64,000 nt of DNA from Rhynchobatus australiae (Eukaryota): NCBI GenBank assembly GCA_034780895.1, contig JAUZTB010000057.1, positions 5,227,707-5,291,706 on the forward strand, in the 5' to 3' direction. Position 1 is the first letter of the stretch. Every line of letters starts with the position of its first letter. The notes under the pieces were generated by a model. It did no database searches. It was not told the origin of the DNA and saw only the letters and a list, made by a program, of their open reading frames with translations. Positions 12,700-23,580 of the stretch are shown here, piece by piece. The position numbers were made by a program, and so were the translations under genes.

Positions 12700-14320
12700 G
12701 AAATAGAAACTAGAATATCAGAGTAAATTAGTGAGAAATACAAAACAAACTGTAATAACTTCTGCAGGTATCTAACAAGAAAAAAAATGACAAATGTGGG
12801 TTAGTTACAGATGGAGACAGGATAATTTATAAAGGAGAATAAGGAAATTAATTAAATATTTTAACCTGTTATCACAGAAGACTCAAAAAAAGCCTACCTG
12901 AAATAGTGGAGAACAACATGTTCAATGCATATGAGGACAAAAAAGAAACAAGTATTGCTTTAAAAAAATCTAAGAGAAGTTAATGCACCTGAAAATTGGT
13001 AAATACCAAGGACCTGATGAGATACATCTAAGGATGTTGAAAGATATGGCTGTAAATGTGGTGGATAATCAGGTTATCTCTTCCAAAATTCTAGAGATTT
13101 TGGAATGGTGATAAATATGACTCCACTATTTAACAAAGAGGGAAAGAAAACAGATAACAGCCTGACATCAGTAGAAGGAAAAATGCTTAATATTGTAATG
13201 AAGGATGGGATATCAAGGCATTCAGAAAATAATAATGCGATTGAGCAGAGTCAACATGAAGTTGTGAAAGGGAAATTACATTTGACTAATCTATTAGAGT
13301 TATTTGGGATGCATCTAGTAGAGTAGAAGGGAAGAACCAGTGGATGTGGTATATTTGGGTTTTCAGAAGACTTTCAATCAGGTCCCACTCAGGAGCTTGG
13401 AGAACAAGATAAGAGCACGTGGACTTGGGGGTAATAGACTGATGAAAATCAAGAGTCAGATAGAAAACAAAGAGTAGGAAATAAATGGGCCCTTCTCAGG
13501 TTGGCAGATTTTGATTAGTGGGGAACTGCAGAGGTCAGTGCTATTGTCCCAGCAGTTCACAATCTATCTCTGGGATTTGGCTGAAGGGACCAAATGTAGT
13601 ATCTCCAAGTTTCCTGATAATAGGAAACTATGTGAATGAGTAGTGATGAGGAGGCAAAAAAGGCTTTAAGGGGATGATAGACAAAACAACTGAATGGGTA
13701 ACAACATGGCAGGTGGAGTACAGCATGGAAAAATGTGAGGTTATCCAGACTGGGAAAAAATGCTGTATTTTTTCTTTACAAGTAAGAGATTGGGTAATAT
13801 TTCAATTCAAAGGGACCTAGATATCCTTATACACAAGTCACTGAAAGCTAATATGCAAGTGCAGAAGACAATTAGTATATTGTCCTTTATTGTTAGAGGA
13901 TTTGAGCACAAGAGTAAAAGGTGTCTACTATTACCTTATCCTTAGTAGGATCACACCTCAAATACTGCATATTTTTGATCTCCTTACCAAAAAAATTGCT
14001 GTGGAGGAAGTACAACGGATTCACCAGCTTGCTTTCTATAGAGACTGAGAAGGCTAAGCTTCAATTCTTTAAAGTTTAGAAGAATGAGAGGCGACCTCAT
14101 TGAAATGTACAGATTTAGAGACTCCGCAGAGTAGATGTGTGAAGGATATTTCTCCTGGCTAAGTAGTCTAGTAGTAGACAATTCAAGAGTGAAATGAGTC
14201 ATCTCTTCACTGGCGAACCTTCTGAGGGCTGTGAAGACGCAGTCATTGATTCAATTCAACACAGAGATCAATAGGCCTCTATATTAAAGCAATAGACGCA
14301 GCAGGAAAATGGTTGAGGTA
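12700..14320 (+). mobile_element. Long degenerate CR1-like LINE ORF2 (reverse transcriptase) remnant
   Basis: Broken peptides such as TPLFNK, SLTSVEGKML, QSQH..VKGK..LTNLLE.F, VDVVYLGFQKTF and QRDLDILIHKSLK, typical of CR1 RT; many stops and frameshifts. Confidence 0.75.
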
Positions 14321-14549
14321 GAGATCAAAACGTTAACGGGTTCTCTTTCCATAGATGCCGCCTGACCTGCTGAGTTGTTTTGACTTCAGATTTTTCAGTT
14401 GTATTGAGTTATTTTTATTATTTTCAATTGAAGTAGAGAATCCGCTCTGATGATGTCGAATGGGGTCAAAGGGCCAATTGGTCTATTCCCTCTACAAATT
14501 CAGAAATATTCTTGGTCATACGAACTATCCCGTTAGTGTTTTTTTAGAT

Positions 14550-15260
14550 CATCTTGCGCATTGCAAAGTTGACGGTTCCAACGCTTTGCGAACCATCGGG
14601 AAGACCCGCCCGTGTGCCGACAAATGCTCGACGCCTTCCACCCAAAAAAAAAACCCCATCAAGGCTTTCCGGCGATTGCCGCGCTTTTCAATCCCGCGCT
14701 TGTGATCAGGTGATCGCTCCGGCCGCCCAATCAAGTGGTCGAACAGCCCCGGGGAATCACGTGTCCCAGGAGCTGTCCAATGGCATTGTTCACAGAGCGC
14801 CGCCAACCAGCTTCCATCAACCCACCCATCGGGTGCTGCTGGTCAGGTGGTCTGTTATCGTCCAATCAATTTGTTCGTCGCCTCATGGCATCAGATGGTC
14901 TATCGCCGTCCAATCAGGTTACTCGCTGGCCGCTGCCGATCAGCTGGTTCCCAGTGGTCCAATCCCTCTGCTCCCAGTTGGTCTGCAGTCACGTGCGCCT
15001 GCCGGTCCAATAGGCGTGAGCCTTGGCCATTCCGGCTGATCCGAGTAAGATGGCGGCCGCGCCGACTTTGCCTCCGTGCGCAACCGGGCCTGAAGTGATC
15101 CGTGGGCAGGTGTTCGATACTGGGCCTCGGTACACCAACCTCAGCTACATCGGCGAGGGAGCTTACGGCATGGTTTGGTGAGTGCAGCATCTGAAGTGTT
15201 GGGGTTGGGGTGTAGGGGTGAAATGGGAGAGGCCCGGAGGCCGCAGTGGGAATGGCAGGG
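14550..15260 (+). promoter_or_regulatory. CpG-rich MAPK1 promoter/first-exon region with multiple CCAAT boxes and E-boxes
   Basis: Abrupt rise in GC and CpG against a CpG-poor background. CCAAT at 14727, 14777, 14862, 14910, 14959 and 15007; CACGTG at 14758 and 14990; CCGCCC at 14723. No obvious TATA box. Confidence 0.85.
15050..15177 (+). CDS. MAPK1: MAPK1/ERK2 coding exon 1
   Basis: ATG at 15050 translates as [42 protein letters not shown] plus TG of a split Cys codon. It contains the ERK Gly-rich loop GEGAYG and the ERK2-type [16 protein letters not shown]. It ends at a canonical donor TG|GTGAGT (GT at 15178), phase 2. Confidence 0.97.
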
Positions 15261-18200
15261 GCTGGACGAGGAGGCCGGGATTTAGGGAGGGGAGGGTGGA
15301 GGGGCAGCAGGAAAGCGGAAAGGGGGAAGGGGGGGAAAGGAGGAATTTTATTCAGTAAGGAAAGGTTTGAGGAGGGCGAGGCGTTTAAGAGGAGATCGGG
15401 GCGTTGTATGGGGTTAGATAGGTAGAAGTTAAGGGATGGATGATGGATGGTAGGGACCATGGAAAATGAAGAGAGAGAGCGAAGTACGAGAGAGTAGTTC
15501 AGGTGTTTGGGGAGGAAAGAAACATTTTCGGGAAGTGTGACTCGGAAGAAAGAGACCTGGGTGCAGCAGGTAATAGATATGTGTGTGTTATGGGAAGCTG
15601 GTATATAGAAAGTGGATTATGATCGGGGTGTGGTTATAATTGCGATATCGAAATTAGGAGTAGGTTCTAATGTCTCTCAAATCTGCTCACTTTTTTGGAG
15701 ATATAGTGAGATCGTGCTTGATAAAGTCTGAAATTCCATGTTTTTACTTGTGTATCTAGGTAGCATGTAAAATTGAGGTACTTAAGTATGCAGCTGCTAA
15801 CCAACCCTGATGAATTCCGTAATTTCGAGAGCGCTGTGTTCTACAGCATTATTGGCAGTAGTAATGTGGAGCGAATAAGTGGTGTTGTCTCAAGTATAGG
15901 GAGACAGCTTAAGATAGTTTCTGCTAAAGTCTGTAGAAGATTTGCTTGCTGTGACAGGCAAGCAATGGAGCTGCTTGCCTGTGCTTGTAAAAGAGGTTCT
16001 GTGTTACATGCTATATAATGTAAGTTAAGTACTATTAGCAATTGCAGTATGCTTAGTTAGTCTCAAAAACACAGCATTGTGGGTAACCCTTAGGAGTTTA
16101 ATATTTGTATCAAATTTTTGTTGAAAGCTGCTATGCTGGGAGATTACATTTTTTTGTGGATTTGTCAGCTCATGATTTTTGCTGAGATGATATTCACTAT
16201 CATTGATTGCCCTCCATTACTTTGTCTAAGTGGCCATTTTTCATGAGTCTGGACACTGAGTGCATTTATGCCTATTTGTGGATAGTGCAGGTCTGCCTGA
16301 TCTGATTTTTGCTTGATGTCCCATCAGTTTCCAGCAGTGATTGTAAAGTGAATATCAGAAGGGAGCACCTCAAGACAGATCAGTTTATTTTAATTGAACT
16401 GATTACATTCTGGCTTAATGCTTGCTAGCAAAACTTTTGCACAATGGTATTTAAATATCACTTGTGGCTTTTTTTTAATAAGTGCTGAATAAGTCTTGTG
16501 TCCTATAATTTGTATTAACTTAAGTAAAAGGTACATCCAGCTATCTTTTTTGAAAATATTGATGAAAGTTGTGGCTTTTGTCACAGGATAAATCTTGTAG
16601 GATTATCATTTGTGCTTTATTTAAAGCAATAAATTTGAATAATGAATTGTTTTGTGTGAAAATGGCTCACTGTGGCACTTTTGATGGTATGGCTACTTAC
16701 ACAATTAGATAATTGGTCTGATCACTTAACTATAGATTAATTTTCTGTTCAAATAAAACATGACATCCTAAGCACTGCCATATTTTGCCATTCTCCCTTG
16801 GAAAATATTATACTGATAGGAAAAAAATATATAGTTTCTATTTTAAATTTAGGTAGCTTGTGTTGGTTGAAGNNNNNNNNNNNNNNNNNNNNNNNNNNNN
16901 NNNNNNNNNNNNNNNNNNNNNNNNNNNNNNNNNNNNNNNNNNNNNNNNNNNNNNNNNNNNNNNNNNNNNNNNGGTTGAAGTATCTTAAGCTAGTACTGTG
17001 ACTAATTGCTCCTCTGGTCATGAAATGTGAAATCTTACACAAAAATATTCCACAAATAGGGAAGCTATATAAGTGCCATGTAATCCACTTATTACATGGC
17101 TCTTGTTGTCTAGGATGCCTTCACTAATGGGTTGTGTAAATACTCTAATTGTTTTTATTAAAATGTTGCCTTTTGAGTTAATATTCCACTTTTGGACACT
17201 TCGGTTTCTGTGGAGTTGCAGACTATATTTGCAAAGAATCTGTGCCATCATTTATCCTGAGCATGAAAATTTAATGCATATTATCAGGCAGATTTGGGTG
17301 TTTTGTTTTAAACCTGCCCTGTTCTCTGAAGTACTCCTGCATTCATTGTTTCCTAACTTTGGATAGGTTGAAACGGTTCATGGTGAAATAGAGGAGAATA
17401 TACTTGCAAATTATGTGTTTGAACATGTATATATCATATTGGTTTCTGGAACGTGAATTAAAATTCTCTGTAAACTATAGTCCTTTGGGTTTCAGTTACA
17501 GTCCTTGGAGACTTCTGTGCGGAGGGTCTTGTGTAGAGTTCAGTGAACTAAATGCGGGTATTCATACACTGCAGGTGCTTTAAATAACTGTGGAACCAGG
17601 TTCTCACTGTCCTTGATCTATGATCCTTCTTACATTAGAATTAAAGACTAGTAGCAAAGAAGGTGGAAGTTCATTTTTTTAAAACTATGCTGACCCTTTG
17701 AAAGTACATTTATTCTTTATGGCACATCCCTGTATTTTATCTGTAGCCTTGTAAGTTCCCATCCTTTGAGTATCTGCACAGTTTTCTTGAAAGCATTCCA
17801 CCATCTTTTTAGGTGTCTTTCCACAAACAGAGGAATCATTCTTTTTTATCTCCCCTTTCGATGCTTTGCCAACAATTATAAAGCTACAACCTCCTAATTA
17901 TTGACCTATTCACCAGAAGGATAGTACTTTCTCTACTGCTGTTGCTTGCAAGGTTTGCAATGATTGCTCCTCAAGTGGTTAAGAATGGGGGGAGGGGATT
18001 GCTGACCCTGCCAATGATGTTCAGGTCTTGTAAGTTAACTTAAAATCACACGTTCTCATAATTGCATTCTAATAAATTACCTCCATAATTTCAAAAGCCT
18101 CTTTTCATTTGGTATGATCCTTGACCAGAATTGTCCTCAGTTCTCCAGCTGAGATCTAACCATTGATTTTATAAAGTTATAGCACAATCTCCTTTGTTCT

Positions 18201-19649
18201 GTTCTACCTTGTCACTTTTAGATATTTCTCTCTATGGACACCAAGATGACTCTCTTGGTCCTTGTGTTTTGAAATGGATTTTTGATATTTATTGTGGGGG
18301 GAAAAAAAAGAAAGAAATTATGATTAATGGGTGGTAAGGATTTGTTTCATCCACTTCAAACATTTTTTCAAATTATTGTTGAAATTTGAACATTTAAATG
18401 CATGCGACCTTTCTGACAGCATCACGCAAGTTTACGATGTTGCAGAATTTCTGCTGTTTGCCCCTCCTAATGATGTTTAAGTGTCCTAGTGTTGCTTGTT
18501 CCCCTGATGCCTATTTGGAATCTCTCCACTTTGGTGTCCTTAGAATAAATCTGTAGATTTAAAGCAAGGCTTTTTTTTAAAACTGAACACTATATTTGTT
18601 CTATGTATCATTTTCCTCACTGGAACTCTGGCTGATGGAGATGTTCTCTATCTAAATATACTGCATAAATATGTCTGTAGTCCCCTTTCTTTTCTGACAC
18701 AATTGGGATTTGGTGTTCACTTGCTGGAGAAACTGGTTTAGCACTTGGTACAGTGGAATTTTACTTTTTGTCTAATGAATGCTTCCATTTATGCTGGATA
18801 ATGATTCTAGTTTTTAATGTTTTGCTGAAAACTACAGATGGTCAAGCAATAAAATTTTTGAACTTGCTTTGCTTGTCAATGAAGTAAAATGAAATTACTT
18901 GTATGGTGCAAAAGGCTGGCATTTAGTCCACTGTGCCTTAGTTGGCCCTTTGAAAGAGTTGATTAATTAGTTCTTTATAGCCTGAACTCTCTCCTAACTA
19001 TATTTTTAATTCCCTTTGAGTGGTACCATCAAATTGGTTTCTGGGATCCTTTCATTGGAAGTCAGATCATGATTCTCAGTGTTTAAAGAAATTGTCAACT
19101 CTCCTCATTCTGATGTTAGTTACCTTATATGTGGGTATTGTGATAACCGACCCTCCTGTCTGTGGGAACAGAGTGAACAAGGCAAAACAAATTGCCATCT
19201 TTCCTATCGTGCTTTTGCCAATTATTGTAAATCTGTATACTCTGGACCTAACCATCCTGCCAGTGATGATATTGTAAATGCAGAAAAACTACCAACACCT
19301 TCCTTAATTTGAATGCAGATTCATTAAAAAAAAACTGCAGGTAATGATAGCTGCATCACAGAACTGGAGATGGTGGACATTGCTTAACTGGTAGACAGCA
19401 GAATCATAAAGACATGTATTAAAAGAAGAGAAAATTTAAGATTTGTGAATAACAGGTGATCTTGTATTGCTTTATTTAAAATGATCATAACAAAAGCAGA
19501 AAACACCAGAAGTACTCAGCAGTCCAGGCAGTAGAGAAACTGTGCCAGTGTTTCAGGTTAGTGACTTTGTTCTCTTCACCCTTTTGCACCCCCCTCCCCT
19601 CTTTATTTGCAGTTGTGATCATGCCAGGTCTGGCATTGAATGGCCAAAT

Positions 19650-19866
19650 GGGCGGCATGGTAGCATAGTGGTTAGCGTGACGCTATTACAGCGCCAGCGA
19701 TCGGGGTTTGATTCCTGTTGCTGTCTGTAAGGAGTTTGTACGTTCTCCCATGTTTGTGTGGGTTTCCTCCCACATTCCAAAGACATATGGGTAGGTTAAC
19801 ATGGGTTTAAAATGGGTGGTGCAGACTCATTGGGCTGGAGGGCCTGTTACCACGCTGTAAATAAAA
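19650..19866 (+). mobile_element. tRNA-derived V-SINE, tail type A (CR1-like)
   Basis: A-box TAGCATAGTGG (19661-19671), B-box-like GGTTTGATTCC, V-domain, and tail GGGCCTGTTACCACGCTGTAAATAAAA. Confidence 0.8.
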
Positions 19867-22849
19867 CTTCCAAAAAAAATTTAAAAAACCTGTTTCCTCA
19901 ATTTCCATTTGTGCATCCCTTGTACCAAAGGAAGCAAAGTAAAGACCTTGGCAATGCTACTACAATTTACAGTAGTACTGATGTTTATTCTTACATAGAC
20001 TCTTCTGGCCCACACTTGTCAGGTGGTTTACTGTATTAATTTAGAGAAGGGTGCATGAAATTGGACTTGTCTATTGTTCCCTTCTAAGCTGAGTGTAAAA
20101 TTCTGCTGAAATGTGGAAAATGCTTTCTGATCTCTATGCAACTGAAATCACCTTGTGCAGCTCTCAAGAATTCCGATGCAGTTGGTGTACACATGGTAGT
20201 GTATCTTACAAGGCTTCAGATTCTTTATTAGCCTCTCAAAACTAAAACCAATCTATGCTTCCATTGTAAAGCTTTCAGAGATTGTGATACAAGTCTGTTT
20301 GGAGAAATAAATGAAATACTTTGCCTCTAAAGTTGCATATGTTTTATATTTGGAAGTTTGTGTGGCTGGTATCTTTTCTATCTATATATACATACATTTT
20401 TTGTATTTATAGTGCTCTGAAGAAATCTCTTCTTGACGCACTTTAAAGTAGCATTAGGAAAATTGAAGACTATACAGATGGCCAACAGATTTTGGTCACA
20501 GACCATTTGGCTACATGTGTGGTTTCGATGAATACTTGAGTGCGTACTTGGTATTTGTTTTGTCTGATTGCTCCTTCTGTCAGGCAGGTTTCAGACTGTC
20601 ATCCCTGATGTATTATATCATTTGTAGTCTGTGACAGTATGGACTGCAGCAAGTGTGATTAATGAGACCACTGAAATGCTGTATTATGGTTGTCCCTTAA
20701 TGTGATTTGTTAATATCAACCTTCATTGTAACACTCCCTTGCATTTATAGGAAGAGGATTTTAGGGGCTTTCTTGATGAAACGTAGTCAGATAGAAGTTG
20801 ACACTGTCAGAGATAATAGGTGAGTGAGGTGAAGAATAAGTTTTAGGAATTTAGGATATGGGAAGAGGTTTTGATGAGCTGCTGCTTGTGCAAGATTGAT
20901 GTTAGGAAGTTGGCTAAAAGCCAATTCGAATACCACAGACTAGAATGACAGAAGCACATTGAGTGTTTCACCAGTGTATGTACAAGGCTAGGGCAGATTT
21001 GGGGGAATAGTTTTTGTGAAAGAGGATGTGGGAATGGAAGCTCTCTTTGGGGTCAAATTATATGTTAAGTCAAGAGAATTGTTTAACATAAAAGCAGGTA
21101 ATCCATAAGGAGAGAAGGGGTGGTGGTGGGACCAAAGCAATACCTTCAGTGGTCTTAATATGTCATTATTGGAATTGCAACCAGAGTTGGATGTGCAAGC
21201 TGACAGGCAGTAGGGAAGCTACAATGGGTAATTGAGAGCTAGGGCTGGGTGTCATCATCATGCATGTCCAATTTAACTTTTTTTTACTATGTTTTAATGC
21301 TTGGTACCTTAAGTGTTTGGAGTATACATTGGAGCTCCTTGATTTGAATGCAAGCTGTTTTTTCATCTAGTGGTTTATTTTCAGCAATGTAGGGACACAG
21401 TCTTCCGCAGCTTGTTATTGGCAGTCTTAAATCCAGTCATAAAGCATTAAACTATTAAATGTAACTTGCATTTATGTAACACCATATTGCAGCTATCAAA
21501 TCTTTTGAGCGCTTCACGACTATTATGAATTGCAGTGCCATGAATCTGTCTTGAGACATGCAAATAAAAACTGGTTCATCTTTTCGTAGTAATTGACATA
21601 TTTGTGGTCTTTACTCTGGCTGCCTACCCTTCTGTGCTCTCTAATTGTCCTTCACTCGGTCTCTGGACTCTGAATCTCAGAAGCCTATCACCTCTGACAC
21701 TGGGAGCCAGCAGGCTGCATTGGCTTTCACTGCATGTGGAAATCCCATTCGCTGATGATCTGGCAATCAATGCTGAAGTGATTAATAATCTATTTATTAT
21801 CAGGAAATTTCTTGCTCCTTGAATGGTCTTGTTGAAGCTAACGTGCAAGCTTTGCACTGTGCCCTGNNNNNNNNNNNNNNNNNNNNNNNNNNNNNNNNNN
21901 NNNNNNNNNNNNNNNNNNNNNNNNNNNCCCCCACCCCCAACACGAGGACAAACACTTTATACTATCCTTCCACCGATGTGTGGGGCTTTGTTTATGGCCT
22001 TGTGATCCATAATATGGGTGATGAGTCTTTGAGAGGCAGCTAGGCCTGCCCCATGAACCGACAAACTTTGTCAGAAGCCCATGTTGAGAGTGGAGCCTAG
22101 ACTGCTGTCAGTCTTTGCTTTGTAAGAGTTTTGTAAATGTTTGGTTTCAGAGACTTCCAAAATCTTTCAGGAATGCTTTTTTAAGAAAAAAAATTATTTT
22201 AAGATGCTGAATAATTAACAACTGGAAAGTAAAATTCAGGAAGGAAAAGTTCATTATTTTCCTACATGTCAGGAATCTGCATTCAAATAGGAATTCTGAT
22301 CTGGTTGATGTAAAATTGCAGAGGTGGTTCCCAAGGAACTGGCATCTGCTGTGGAGTCCCTAATTACAGTGAGTCCATCATAAAACCAGGTTATACTTAG
22401 TTTTGTGTAGCTGAATGCCAGCCATTCCCTTTGGAACTGCTGACCATAGCCAGCTTGATGCTGCACTGTGACTTTAGATAGATTGAAAAAGATGATTTGC
22501 TGGTGGGCAGTCTGAATGTACACTAATCTGCTAATTGCACTGACAAATCACCATTAATCATGTCCTTGTGTTAGACTTAAACGTGTACAACAGGCAGATA
22601 AGTGACATAGTATGCCTAATGTAGTGGATAGCATAATGGTCCATGATAACAAAGCCCTCTCGTCTTGTTTGGTCTCTTGATATTTGGTTCCACGTCTCCA
22701 GATTATTCCCATATGACCAGTATCAATGATAGATCTCTAATCACATGTAATTTACCCTAATTTTAATTTTAAAATTGTTTTGGGGGATATGGCTATTTAC
22801 AAGTAGAATCATTTAAAATATTGTATGAAAGGATGCCAAAGTCCAACAT

Positions 22850-23580
22850 GATGAATCCACCACTTCATTCTACTGGCACAGATGTTGGTTGCCAAAGGAA
22901 AACGTTATTTGAAGGCCAAGACCTCAGACACAAACTCAAGGCACAAAACTCATAGTCTACAAGGCAGTAGTGATCTCTGCCCTATAAGATTCTGAGGGCT
23001 ATCTGCCTGTAGGAAGCACCTCAAGCCATTAGAAAAATACCACTAACACTGTCTCCACAAAATCCTACAAATTCTCTGGAAAGAAAAGTGAACCAATGTT
23101 TGCATCTTATCCCAGGCCATCATCTACCAGCATTGAAACTCCAGTTACTCTATCAATTACATTAGGTGGACTACATTGCTCACGTGTCTGTCACCAGACT
23201 CCCGGCGCATACTCTATTCTGAGCTCCATCAACGGAGGAGATTACCAGACAAACAGAAGTTGCTTCAGGGATGTGCACAAAGCTGCTTTGAAGTGCACCA
23301 ACCCTACCGACTCCTCGGAATCTTAGGCCCAGGACCGCTCAAAGTAGAAAATGAGCATTCTGGTTGATACTGAAAACTTCAAGGCCATGCATTAGAAGAA
23401 TACAAAAGACCCACGTAAGCAGCGGAGTTCACTACCTCGCAAACTACCTGCTGTCCCTGTCAGCCACATCTGCCATAGCCATGGTTTCGAATTGGCTTTA
23501 CCAGTCACCTTGCCCTACAAAACCATAGTAGAAGTGAGTCCTCTGTGATCTTGAGGAACTGCCTAAGAGGAAGAAGATTA
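22850..23580 (+). mobile_element. RTE-clade LINE 3' fragment
   Basis: Frameshifted peptides TKLIVYKAVVI and PDSRRILYSELH resemble RTE/BovB-type C-termini; ends in a GAAGAAGA-type tail. Confidence 0.6.

Noticed and set aside
1-14500. Exons of an upstream neighbouring gene
   Set aside because: No ORF or spliced peptide with recognisable host-protein similarity; the region is mostly repeats and gaps.
14460-15460. Several overlapping 80-186 aa ORFs on both strands at the promoter
   Set aside because: Expected in GC-rich, stop-poor CpG-island DNA; no recognisable protein. The real exon 1 frame is not among them.
19650-19720. tRNA-like A/B boxes (also at 7680 and 56100)
   Set aside because: These are SINE heads running into a V-domain; no complete cloverleaf was seen.
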